DNA of 64,000 bases from Candidatus Poribacteria bacterium (GCA_965198175.1 OZ240245.1:4672001-4736000), one strand, 5' to 3'; positions 28,699 through 38,678 are shown, numbered from the stretch's first letter. Notes: generated by a model not told the origin, from the letters alone. Numbers and translations: made by a program.

Positions 28699-29569
28699 AT
28701 GTTGAAACCTCCTTTTTTGGAAGCCATCCAAAATCAAATTCTCGTCTGGGACAGCGCAGCGGGTACGCAACTGCGGGAACGAATTCCCCCGTATGTTCAG
28801 TGTCTCAACGCCTGTAATATCCATCAAGATTATTTTCATATTGTTGAAAAATTTTATCAAGAATACAGGAACAAGGGGGCGGATATACTTCAAAACCAAT
28901 ACCTTCGGCGCAAATGCGACTAAGCTCAAGAACTACGGGTTTGAAATGCAGGTCGCAGAAATCAATCGCGCCGGAGCAGTGCTAGCTCGTGAGATTGCTG
29001 GCGATGAACGTTATGTTGCGGGGTCGGTTCGGCCGCTTGAAATGGACGCGCTAGGTGAACATTTTGACGGTTCATGAATTGAGGAGGCGTGCAATTTCTA
29101 CTTCGGCGGTGGATTCACGATTGCTGAAAACCTTGGTCCGCACGTCAAGCACCTTGCCAACAAAATCAAAAGTGGTGCTAAATTCGCATACACGCAACCC
29201 GCATTTACGCTTGCGGACATCGAACGCACCTACGAAGCAACAAAAGGACTTGGAATAAAAATTCTCTACGGCGTTCTGCCTATCACTAGTTTTCGCAGTG
29301 CCTCGTTCGCGCGTGATAATTTAGGGATGTATATTCCTCAATCCATCGTTGACCAGTTCCGCGACGTAGGCGATACCGCTGGGAAGAGGTTGGGGATGAA
29401 ATTGACGCTCGACTTGGTGCAGGAGATTCGGACGCAGAACCGTTTTCCGGTCGATAGGTTTTATATTGTCCCGCCCGCAGCGATGAATTGGAAAAATAGA
29501 CAGCGCGTTGTTTCTGAAATAATCTGTGGATATCAACGAAACGATGATGGCAATCGGACGTTTCATTAA
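28699..29569 (+). pseudogene. Decayed bifunctional homocysteine S-methyltransferase / MTHFR (YitJ-like)
   Basis: HMT start (ILVWDSAAGTQL; GADIL, then frameshift, TNTFGAN..EINRAGAVLARE..VAGSV); TGA at 29075; MTHFR tail in the same frame (KIKSGAKFAYTQPAF..LYGVLPITS). Confidence 0.85.
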
Positions 29570-29853
29570 CAGTTACAGACCGCTCATCTTTTGGGATTTG
29601 ACAAGTGGCGGCAAGAGGAATTTGTCTTCGGTAGATTGTTCGAGTTCGACCAGACTCAACAAGAGAGATATTGCAACTTCGAGAAGTGCAAGCTACTTGT
29701 GGACACGGTGTCTGTGGCTTCAGGCACTCGGAGATTATGCGTCTTTCTTACATTGCAAACGAGTAACGTGCATCGCCAAGCAATGATAGCAGATTTCGAA
29801 TTGCCCGCCGAGCGAAGCACACGTATTGTTATTTGGGATGCAAACAATTCCTG

Positions 29854-29882
29854 TTGACATACTTCTCTTTTTCGGATATACT
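29854..29882 (+). promoter_or_regulatory. Sigma70 promoter of the LamG array
   Basis: TTGACA-17-TATACT. Confidence 0.8.
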
Positions 29883-29883
29883 G

Positions 29884-29947
29884 TTCTTTAGATCTTTAGA
29901 TCTTTAGTTCTTTAGATCTTTAGTTCTTTAGTTCTTTAGTTCTTTAG
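29884..29947. repeat. Tandem repeat, 8 x (A/T)TCTTTAG
   Basis: Read directly; starts 2 nt after the -10 box. Confidence 0.97.
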
Positions 29948-30106
29948 ATATTCTGTGTTTGTATATCTAGAATTTCGTAGGGCACATCTGCCGTGCCGTT
30001 GCGAACAATATTAAGTTTCAACATTGTTGGACCTTAGAAAAAATCCGTTATCGGTCAGAACTGACCTTCTTAATGAGAACGGAAAACGATAATGGAGGTC
30101 GTTTAG

Positions 30107-30919
30107 ATGTATAGCATCAAAGCAAAATTCGCCTTCGGGTGTATTTTCAACTTCGTTGTTTTTGGGTTGATACTAGTTGGGCAAAGTGATGCCCTCAAAA
30201 ACCCCGATTCTGTTGTGGGGGTCTGGATGCTTGATGGAGACGCCAACGATTCATCGGGGAATGACTATCACGGCGAGCTAACCGGATCTCCCGAATGGAT
30301 TTCCGGAAAGTTCGGAATGGCTGTCGATCTCCCTGGTGCCGGGGATACAATCCAGATTACCGGCTTTGCCAACGTTGTTCCCACGGAGGAAATAACGATT
30401 ATGGCATGGGCGCGAATAGACGAGATAAAGAACCAAGACTTCTTCAGTCTAGAGCCCCTTGAGGTTGAAGGCGGCCGTGTCACTACGCACATGCCCTGGG
30501 ATGGCAAAGTTCATTGGCAATTTGGAACTCCTTTCACCGGGATTTTCCCCACGAGCGCAGTGAGCGTCGACGATTCTTCTGTCGGCGTATGGGTGCACTG
30601 GGCATTTATCCACAGTGTCGCCGACAACTTCATGGCGGTCTATAGAAACGGCGAGGAAGCACTCAACCAACAGGCCTCTAAGGTCTTTATGCACGGTGAG
30701 GCGAATTTTCACATTGGCGGTAGACTAGGTTCCTCTTTCGCTGGCGCCATTGATGATTTCGCAATTTTCAGCTCTGTCCTCGGAGCCGATGAAATCAGCG
30801 CGCTAATGAACGATGGAATCATGGCGCACATCGGTGGCGGAGACGGCGGTGGAGGTATTGCAGTCGAGCCGTACGGTAAAGCGGCTACAACTTGGGCGCA
30901 CCTTAAGGATTTAGAATAG
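30107..30919 (+). CDS. Secreted LamG-domain protein, array copy 1
   Basis: Signal peptide; W.LDGDANDSSGN, WVHWAF and F.GAIDDFAIFS motifs; tail AVEPYGKAATTWAHLK. Confidence 0.9.
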   Translation: MYSIKAKFAFGCIFNFVVFGLILVGQSDALKNPDSVVGVWMLDGDANDSSGNDYHGELTGSPEWISGKFGMAVDLPGAGDTIQITGFANVVPTEEITIMAWARIDEIKNQDFFSLEPLEVEGGRVTTHMPWDGKVHWQFGTPFTGIFPTSAVSVDDSSVGVWVHWAFIHSVADNFMAVYRNGEEALNQQASKVFMHGEANFHIGGRLGSSFAGAIDDFAIFSSVLGADEISALMNDGIMAHIGGGDGGGGIAVEPYGKAATTWAHLKDLE

Positions 30920-31055
30920 CTTCTTGCCCAAGGCGCATCACCATTGTCGTAGCGAATAACATAAGTTTCAACATTGTTGGACGCTAGAAAATATCCGTTG
31001 CCGGTCAGAGCTAGCCTTCTCATGGGGACGGCAAACAACTATGGAGGTAATTTTA

Positions 31056-31850
31056 ATGTATAGCATTAAGGCAAAATTGGTCTTCGGGTGTATTTTTAGC
31101 TTCGTTGTTTTTGGGTTGATACTAGTTGGGCAAAGTGATGCCCTCAAAGATCCCGATTCCGTTATGGGTGTCTGGCTGCTTGATGGAGACGCCAACGACG
31201 CATCGGGGAATGACTACAACGGCGAGCTAACCGGAGCTCCCGAATGGATTTCTGGAATGTTCGGTATGGCTGTCGATCTCCCTGGCGCCGGGGATACAAT
31301 CCAAATTAACGGCTTTGGCAACTCTATTCCCGGAGAGGAATTAACGATTTTGGGTTGGGCGCGAATAGACGAGATGAAGAACCAAGACTACTTCAGTCTA
31401 GAGCCGCTTGAGGTTGGTAACCGCGGCCGCATCACATCCCACATGCCCTGGGATAATGCCGTTCACTGGCAATTTGGAACGCCTTTCACAGGGATCGCCC
31501 CCGTTGGTCTCGACAACTCTGTAGTCGGCGTATGGGAGCACTGGGCATTTACCCACAGCGTTGCTGAGAACCGCATGGCGGTCTATAGGAACGGCGTAGA
31601 AGCGACCAGCGGAGACACCTCGGCCGCATTTATAAATGGTGAGGCGAATTTTCACATTGGCGGCAGACTAGGTTCCTCTTTCGCTGGCGCCATTGATGAT
31701 TTCGCAATCTTCAGCGCTGTCCTCGGCGACGATGAAATCAGCGCGCTAATGAACGATGGAATCATGGCGCACATCGGTGGTGGAGGTATTGCAGTCGAGT
31801 CGTCTGGTAAAGCGGCTACAACTTGGGCGCAACTTAAGGATTTAGAATAG
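31056..31850 (+). CDS. Secreted LamG-domain protein, array copy 2
   Basis: Paralog; start re-called at ATG 31056 (MYSIK) after GGAGG; tail AVESSGKAATTWAQLK. Confidence 0.9.
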   Translation: MYSIKAKLVFGCIFSFVVFGLILVGQSDALKDPDSVMGVWLLDGDANDASGNDYNGELTGAPEWISGMFGMAVDLPGAGDTIQINGFGNSIPGEELTILGWARIDEMKNQDYFSLEPLEVGNRGRITSHMPWDNAVHWQFGTPFTGIAPVGLDNSVVGVWEHWAFTHSVAENRMAVYRNGVEATSGDTSAAFINGEANFHIGGRLGSSFAGAIDDFAIFSAVLGDDEISALMNDGIMAHIGGGGIAVESSGKAATTWAQLKDLE

Positions 31851-31987
31851 GTTCTAGCTCAATGTGCATCACCATTATCGTTGCGAATAAAATCAGATTC
31901 AACGTTGTTGAATCGTAGAGGAAGTCCGTTACCGGTCAGAACTAGCCTTCTAAAGGTAACGGCAAACAATAATGGAGGTTATTTGTA

Positions 31988-32779
31988 ATGTATAGCATCA
32001 AATCAAAACTCGCCTTAGGGTGTGTTATCAGTTTCGTTGTTTTTGGATTGATATTGGTTGGGCAAAGTGATGCCCTCAAGAACCCCGATTCGCTTGTTGC
32101 GGCTTGGCTGCTTGATGGAGACGCCAATGACTCATCAGGGAATGATTATCACGGCGAGCTAACCGGAGGTGGCGAATGGATGTCTGGAATGCACGGTATG
32201 GCTGTGGTTTTTTCGAACCTCGGTGATACAATCCAGATTACCGGCTTTGCCAACACGGCTCCCACAGAGGAAATAACGATTATACTGTGGGCACGAGTAG
32301 ACGTGATTCAAAATCAAGACGTTTTCAGTCTAGAGCCGCTTAACGTTAATGACGGCCGTATTACTGCCCACTTGCCTTGGGGAGATGCTGCAGTCTGGCA
32401 ATTTGGACCGGCTCCTAATGGGCTTGGCGTCGGCGGTGTTAACGACTCTGTAGTCGGCGTATGGGAGCACTGGGCATTTATCCACAGCGCCGCTGGAAAC
32501 TACATGAGAGTCCTGCGAAACGGGGAACAAGCAGCCATGCATGATAAGTTCGGCGCCTTCATGAACGGAGAAGGGAATTTTCACATTGGCGGCAGACTAG
32601 GTTCCTCTTTCGCCGGTGCCATTGATGATTTCGCAATGTTCAGTTCTGTCCTCGGCGACGATGAAATCATGGCGCTGATGAACGATGGAATCATGGCGCA
32701 CATCGGCGGTGCACCCACTGCTGTCGAATCCTCCGGTAAAGCCGCTACAATTTGGGCGCAACTTAAGAATCAGGAATAG
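31988..32779 (+). CDS. Secreted LamG-domain protein, array copy 3
   Basis: Paralog; tail AVESSGKAATIWAQLK. Confidence 0.9.
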   Translation: MYSIKSKLALGCVISFVVFGLILVGQSDALKNPDSLVAAWLLDGDANDSSGNDYHGELTGGGEWMSGMHGMAVVFSNLGDTIQITGFANTAPTEEITIILWARVDVIQNQDVFSLEPLNVNDGRITAHLPWGDAAVWQFGPAPNGLGVGGVNDSVVGVWEHWAFIHSAAGNYMRVLRNGEQAAMHDKFGAFMNGEGNFHIGGRLGSSFAGAIDDFAMFSSVLGDDEIMALMNDGIMAHIGGAPTAVESSGKAATIWAQLKNQE

Positions 32780-32916
32780 GTTCTAGCTCAAGGTGCATCA
32801 CCATTATCGTTGCGAATAAAATAAGATTCAACGTTGTTGAATCTTAGAAGAAGTCCGTTACCGGTCGGAATTAGCCTTCTAAAGGTACCGGCAAACAATA
32901 ATGGAGGTAATTTATA

Positions 32917-33696
32917 ATGTATAGCATCAAATCAAAACTCGCCTTAGGGTGTGTTATCAGTTTCGTTGTTTTTGGGTTGATATTGGTTGGGCAAAGTGAT
33001 GCCCTCAAGAACCCCGATTCGCTTGTTGCGGCTTGGCTGCTTGATGGAGACGCCAATGACTCATCCGGAAATGACTATCACGGTGAGCTAACCGGTGGTG
33101 CCGAATGGGTTTCTGGAATGTTCGGGATGGCTGTGGATCTCCCCGATCTCGGTGATACAATCCAGATTACCGGCTTTGGCAACGTTGCACCCACGGAGGA
33201 AATTACGATTATCACGTGGGCGCGAATAGACGAGATTCACAATCAAGACCTTTTCAGTCTTGAGCCGCTTGACCCCGGCCGTATCACTGTCCACTTGCCT
33301 TGGGATGGCAACGCTATCTGGCAATTTGGACCGAACGGGATGGGCGCTGGTGGTGTCAACGACTCGCATATCGGTGTATGGGAGCACTGGGCATTTACCC
33401 ACAGTGTCGCTGGAAACTTCATGAGAGTCCTGAGAAACGGTGAGGAATCAGGGAACGCAGAGATGTCGGCTCCCTTTGAACCCCGTGATGCGAATTTTCA
33501 CATTGGCGGTAGACTAGGTTCCTCTTTCGCTGGCGCCATTGATGATTTCGCAATCTTCAGCTCTATCCTCGGCGACGATGAAATCATGGCGCTGATGAAC
33601 GATGGAATCATGGCGCACATCGGCGGGGGACCTACTGCTGTCGAACCTTCTGGAAAAGCGGCTACAACTTGGGCGCAACTAAAGGATTTGGATTAG
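32917..33696 (+). CDS. Secreted LamG-domain protein, array copy 4
   Basis: Paralog; tail AVEPSGKAATTWAQLK. Confidence 0.9.
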   Translation: MYSIKSKLALGCVISFVVFGLILVGQSDALKNPDSLVAAWLLDGDANDSSGNDYHGELTGGAEWVSGMFGMAVDLPDLGDTIQITGFGNVAPTEEITIITWARIDEIHNQDLFSLEPLDPGRITVHLPWDGNAIWQFGPNGMGAGGVNDSHIGVWEHWAFTHSVAGNFMRVLRNGEESGNAEMSAPFEPRDANFHIGGRLGSSFAGAIDDFAIFSSILGDDEIMALMNDGIMAHIGGGPTAVEPSGKAATTWAQLKDLD

Positions 33697-33729
33697 GTTC
33701 GAGCTCAAGGTGTACCACCATTTTTGTTA

Positions 33730-33762
33730 TTAAGGGGGCACTGGTATATCGTGCCCCCTTAA
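33730..33762. terminator. Hairpin after the LamG array (probable terminator)
   Basis: 12-bp perfect stem TTAAGGGGGCAC/GTGCCCCCTTAA; weak U tract. Confidence 0.6.
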
Positions 33763-34157
33763 TTGCAAGAAACGAAATTGAAAAATGACAACAGTTTGTT
33801 GAACATAACGGGTTGTGGGAAGGGTTTCGTTTAATGAGTTAACTAGACTTTAATTCGAGCATTCTGGAAGGTGCGAATAGTAAACAGTGGCGTTTCACGT
33901 CCTGCGTTCGTGAAGCATAACAGCACCTTTCACACCCATTTGTTGAAAATCCTTGAGAACTTGATGCTCCTGCCGAGACTTCTGTTGAAAGTTGTTTCAC
34001 CCCACCAATTTTGGCTCAAGACCTAAGCAAACCGGATCGTTACTCTCTGTAACGGTTCTCATCAGGTAGGACCAAATCCAAATCAGCTATCTATAAAGTT
34101 TTTCGTCCTCTCTCTCCATATAATGAGAGAGGTTACATGTCTATATATGGAGACTAC

Positions 34158-35180
34158 ATGAAAGCGGCAGTATTACACGAAATTGGAAAACCATTGCGAA
34201 TCGAAGAAGTACCTACGCCGGAGATTGGTCCGGACGAAGTATTGGTGGAAACCAGATCCTGCGGGATCTGTCGAACAGACCTACATGTCTATGATGGACT
34301 GGCGTACATCCCTGAACTCCCGCACATCCCCGGTCATGAGCCTGCAGGGATTGTAGCAGAGGTGGGTAAAAATGTGGCTGGGCTGGAGGTAGGACAACGC
34401 GTCGTGCCTCACCTCTTTATCACCTGCGGGGAGTGCTACTACTGCCGCATTGGTCAGGACGCCCAGTGCGCCGACTTGCAAGGGCTGGTAGGTGTGCTGG
34501 TTAACGGTGCCTTTGCGGAATATTTTGTGGTGCCCGCCGAAAACCTGTTCGCTTTACCCGATAATGTGCCTTTCGAGATGGGCGGTCTGATTAGTTGCGC
34601 AGTGATTACCGCTGTCCACGCATTTCGGCGCGCACGATTGGGACCCAATGACACCGCGGTAGTAATTGGCGCGGGTGGGGTGGCGCAGAGTTTAATTCCG
34701 ATCCTTGTCAAAGCGGGGGTGAAAACTGTCGCAACAAGTCGTTCCCAAGGGAAGCTCGACCTCGCTAGACAGCTTGGTGCTCAGCTTGCTCTCAAGGCTG
34801 ATGCTCCCGATACAACGGATAGGATACAGGAGTTTGCGGGTGGCACGGGTGCCCAGTGCGTTTTCGATTGTGTTGGCACTGCGTTAACCATGAAACAGAG
34901 TGCAGACTACCTCATGCGACAGGGACAAATCATTGTCATCGGCGAAGAACCCGAGTTTCCTGAGATTGACACGATTCAAATTGCGCAGCGAGAATTGGAG
35001 ATTATTGGAAGCCGCAACGGCTCCAAGCAAGACATCGCCGACTCCATTACAATGCTTGCCGAAGGTATTATCGCACCACCAATCACGAGAACCTTCCCGC
35101 TTGACGAAACGAATGAAGCGCTGGAATTTATGAGAAGCGGCGCAGCCGACGCACGGATTGTTATTGATATTAAAGGATGA
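34158..35180 (+). CDS. Zinc-dependent medium-chain alcohol dehydrogenase
   Basis: CGICRTDLH, PGHE, CGECYYC..C and GAGGV motifs; start MKAAVL at 34158. Confidence 0.93.
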   Translation: MKAAVLHEIGKPLRIEEVPTPEIGPDEVLVETRSCGICRTDLHVYDGLAYIPELPHIPGHEPAGIVAEVGKNVAGLEVGQRVVPHLFITCGECYYCRIGQDAQCADLQGLVGVLVNGAFAEYFVVPAENLFALPDNVPFEMGGLISCAVITAVHAFRRARLGPNDTAVVIGAGGVAQSLIPILVKAGVKTVATSRSQGKLDLARQLGAQLALKADAPDTTDRIQEFAGGTGAQCVFDCVGTALTMKQSADYLMRQGQIIVIGEEPEFPEIDTIQIAQRELEIIGSRNGSKQDIADSITMLAEGIIAPPITRTFPLDETNEALEFMRSGAADARIVIDIKG

Positions 35181-35500
35181 AGGTCCTGAGAATTCTTCTA
35201 GCGCATTGGTGATAGTATGAATAAAGTGACCGGAACATGTGATGAGACGACAAACTGCATGGTGAATCCCTTTATTTTAAAGGGGCTTTAAGAAGTTCAC
35301 ATTTTAACCCGCACGTTATTTTCCCACCTCAACCTGCTAGCAGTCATTCTTTACCCAATCCGAATATAATCCCCTTACAGCTTAACCCACGTGTTGGAAA
35401 TGGAGAGCGTTAGTTAACTTCGACGCTAATGAAGTTAACGCAAAGTAAAGGGTGTGTTGAGAAAAGGGTTCAGAAGGTTTTGAAACATGTTGGGCCTCCG

Positions 35501-36694
35501 TTAAAACTTAACATCAGTTTCCACCGCTTCATCGTAATCTACACCATCAACGTCAAAACCGAACAGGTTGCGGAAGTCGCGTTTAAACCCTTCGTAGTCG
35601 GAGAGATTGCGGAAATTGTCTGTGTTTATCTTCTCCCATCGACGCATGACCTCGGCAGTCACGCCGGGCTGAAGTTCTCGATCATCGAGTCGGATTCGTC
35701 GATCGGCGTCTAGGGTTGGTGTCTGATGAGGGCCTAAGTATTCGCTGAAAAGCCGAGCCATCTGAGCAATTGGATCTTCGTTAATTCCTTTTGCATTCAT
35801 GATGTCGTAGAGCACACTGATGTAAAGCGGCACCACAGGAATTGCCGCCGATGCTTGTGTGACTACGGCTTTATTGACCGATATGTAGGCATGGCTGCCA
35901 AGCTTGTTGCTTAGTCGCTGATCTAGATTATTGATGGAGTGTGCGAGATTTTCTTTTGCTTTGCCAATTGTTCCACTACGATAGATTGGCCATGTGAGTT
36001 CAGGACCAATGTAGGTGTAAGCCAGAACAGTAGACTCCGATGCCAGAAGATTCTCAGCGAGAAGTGCATCAACCCAGAACTCCAGATCTTCCCCGCCCAT
36101 TACAGCAGTGGTGTCGGCGATTTCCTGATCATTTGCGGGTTCCACGGTGATTTGGGTGACGGTTTCGCGCTGCAGATCTATTGTTTTTCCAATGTAAGAT
36201 TGACCGATTGGTTTTAAGACGGATCGATGTTCGGCACCTGTGCGTGGGTGAATGCGTCTTGGCGCCGCGATGCTATAAACGAGGAAGTCTATCTTATCCA
36301 TATTTCGCTTGATGCGATCTATCGTGTCTCGCTTCACTTCATTGGAAAACGCATCCCCATTGATACTCTCGGCGAAGAGACCTTTCTGTTGCGCCAGTTG
36401 ATGGAAGGCAACCGAGTCATAGTAGCCCGCGGTCGCAGTCCGCTTTGTATCAGGCGGACGCTCGAAGAAAACACCAATTGTTTTTGCGCCATAAACCCAC
36501 GTTAATGCAATTCGGGAGGCAAGACCATATCCTCCCGTTGCACCGACAACGAGTACGTTGAGATCTATTTGTTTGGGCGTAACGTTTTCTTTGATATAAT
36601 CAATCTGATTCTGTACATTTTTTCTGCACCCGATTGGGTGTGCGTTGGTACCAATAAAGCCTCGAATACGGGGTTTAACAACTTGAATTGTCAT
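35501..36694 (-). CDS. fabV: Enoyl-ACP / trans-2-enoyl-CoA reductase
   Basis: AHPIGC, GYGLASRI, INGDAFS, VMGGED, KAVVTQASAAIP and NLFGF motifs. Confidence 0.96.
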   Translation of the reverse strand: MTIQVVKPRIRGFIGTNAHPIGCRKNVQNQIDYIKENVTPKQIDLNVLVVGATGGYGLASRIALTWVYGAKTIGVFFERPPDTKRTATAGYYDSVAFHQLAQQKGLFAESINGDAFSNEVKRDTIDRIKRNMDKIDFLVYSIAAPRRIHPRTGAEHRSVLKPIGQSYIGKTIDLQRETVTQITVEPANDQEIADTTAVMGGEDLEFWVDALLAENLLASESTVLAYTYIGPELTWPIYRSGTIGKAKENLAHSINNLDQRLSNKLGSHAYISVNKAVVTQASAAIPVVPLYISVLYDIMNAKGINEDPIAQMARLFSEYLGPHQTPTLDADRRIRLDDRELQPGVTAEVMRRWEKINTDNFRNLSDYEGFKRDFRNLFGFDVDGVDYDEAVETDVKF

Positions 36695-36823
36695 TGATTT
36701 CCTCTCTGATTCGCGTGAGATTTCAACGGGTAAAAATTCACTGATAATTGTGGTGTAGATTGGTCACAGAAGCTTGTGGGCGGCATTAACCTCCCCCACT
36801 GACAAGATCGAAAAAGCAAAAAA

Positions 36824-38173
36824 ATGCAAGCGAATCCGGGCATCTTCAAAGCTTACGATATCCGGGGGATTTACCCTGATGACTTAAATGAAGAAATCGC
36901 CTGCGCGATTGGTCGCGCCTTTGTGACTTTCCTCAAAGTTGACAAAGTCATCGTTGGGCGTGATATGCGTCTATCCAGCCCACAAATGTTTGAGGCGTTA
37001 ACATGTGGTTTGATGGATCAGGGCGCAGATGTCATTAACATTGGCATGGTCAGTACCGATCAGTATTATCATGCCTGCGCAGCGCTGGAACTCCCGGGTA
37101 TCATGATCACAGCCTCTCATAACCCAGCCCAATATAGCGGCTTCAAAATGGTGAAAAAGATGCCTCAACTTCTTAGTGGTGATGAAGGAATTCAAGAATT
37201 GCGGTGCATGATAGAAGCAGAGCGCTTTCCTAAATCGACTCGCAGAGGCAGAATGACTGAAAAGGATTTGAGAGAAAAATTCGTGGAAAAGGTTTTGAGT
37301 TTAATTGATGTTGACGTATTCTCACCGCTTAAGATTGTCGCCGATACCGGCAACGGCATGATTGGGCCGATTCTCAAACAGTTTTACCGACGTCTTCCGT
37401 CAATAAACTTAATTGGCATGTATCTGGAACCAGACGGCAGCTTGCCAAATCATGGGCTCGATCCGCTACAACCTGAGAACCGATTGGAGTTACAACAGCG
37501 TGTTGTTACGGAGGGAGCTGATGTTGGTTTTGCTTTTGATGGCGATGGCGATCGCTTTTTCGCTATTGATGATCGAGGTGCCTTTGTGCCTGGGGATTTT
37601 ATAACTGCATTAATGGGGCGATACCTTTTGGACAAATACCCGGGATGCAAAATTCTATATGATGTCCGTTCTTCATGGGCGGTGCCGGATCTCATCACTA
37701 CAGCTGGAGGTACACCCTTAATGGAACGCGTGGGACACGCATTCATGAAAGACCGAATGGCAAAAGAAAATGCCATCTTTGGCGGAGAGGTGACAGGCCA
37801 TTATTACTTTAGAGATTTCTTTTGTGCCGACTCTGGCATTTTACCTTCGCTCGTCATTTTGGAGATGCTCTCCAAAAAGGGAATAAAACTCTCCAAACTG
37901 CTCAAACCTTTAGAATCGACCTATTTCATCTCTGGAGAAATAAATTCGCGCATCTCAAGCGATGCAAAAGTCAAATTACAAGAGATTGTTCGGATTTTTG
38001 GTAAAGGTGCAGAAGTCGAATGGTTGGATGGTGTTTCTATTACCTTTGGCGATTGGCACTGTAACGTGCGTCCTTCCAACACTGAACCCTTGTTACGCCT
38101 TAACCTAGAAGCTAAATCAAAGGTGTTAATGGAGCAGAAGCGGGACGACATACTAGCGATTATTCGGGCATAG
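36824..38173 (+). CDS. Phosphomannomutase/phosphoglucomutase
   Basis: FKAYDIRG, TASHNP, FDGDGDR and NVRPSNTEP motifs. Confidence 0.95.
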   Translation: MQANPGIFKAYDIRGIYPDDLNEEIACAIGRAFVTFLKVDKVIVGRDMRLSSPQMFEALTCGLMDQGADVINIGMVSTDQYYHACAALELPGIMITASHNPAQYSGFKMVKKMPQLLSGDEGIQELRCMIEAERFPKSTRRGRMTEKDLREKFVEKVLSLIDVDVFSPLKIVADTGNGMIGPILKQFYRRLPSINLIGMYLEPDGSLPNHGLDPLQPENRLELQQRVVTEGADVGFAFDGDGDRFFAIDDRGAFVPGDFITALMGRYLLDKYPGCKILYDVRSSWAVPDLITTAGGTPLMERVGHAFMKDRMAKENAIFGGEVTGHYYFRDFFCADSGILPSLVILEMLSKKGIKLSKLLKPLESTYFISGEINSRISSDAKVKLQEIVRIFGKGAEVEWLDGVSITFGDWHCNVRPSNTEPLLRLNLEAKSKVLMEQKRDDILAIIRA

Positions 38174-38216
38174 AGGTCCAGGCGATCACGATCACTGATA
38201 AGTTCCCAATGAATTC

Positions 38217-38678
38217 TTATCCCGCAATCTCCACAACCATCTCGATTTCAACGGGAATACCGCCGGGCAACTGCACCATGCCGACAGCGGAGCGGGTATG
38301 TCTACCCTTATCGCCAAACACCTCCACGAAGAGATCCGATGCTCCGTTGATGACCACGGGCTGATCTGTAAAAGTGCTCGCTGAGTTGACAAACCCTATG
38401 ACTTTCACGATTCGTTTTACCCGATCCAGATCGCCAAGGGCGTGTTTGAGCGTGCTGATGAGGCACAGCCCAACTTCCCTCGCAGATTGATATCCAATCT
38501 CAGCCGTCAAGTCGGCTCCAAGCTGACCTTTATAAATTTTGCCCTCGCCGCTGCCGGGACCGTGCCCTGACGTAAATATTAGGTTTCCCGTCTGCACAGT
38601 CGTTACGTAATTTGCAACCGGTATTGCAGGCGGAGGCAATGTAATACCTAGTTCCTCAAGCCGTTTTTCTATTTTCAT
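38217..38678 (-). CDS. RidA/YjgF superfamily protein
   Basis: PVANYV..GNLIFTSG, NGASDL and GRHTRSAVG..LP...PVEIE motifs. Confidence 0.93.
   Translation of the reverse strand: MKIEKRLEELGITLPPPAIPVANYVTTVQTGNLIFTSGHGPGSGEGKIYKGQLGADLTAEIGYQSAREVGLCLISTLKHALGDLDRVKRIVKVIGFVNSASTFTDQPVVINGASDLFVEVFGDKGRHTRSAVGMVQLPGGIPVEIEMVVEIAG

Noticed and set aside
29884..29947. CRISPR array
   Set aside because: Contiguous 8-bp units with no spacers and no cas genes.
30001..30106. c-di-GMP-I riboswitch in the LamG leaders
   Set aside because: Only loose resemblance in the second stem; no GNRA-capped first stem or conserved core seen.
30107..33696. Diversity-generating retroelement acting on the LamG or HEAT genes
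   Set aside because: No reverse transcriptase in the window; the differences include indels and are not adenine-specific.
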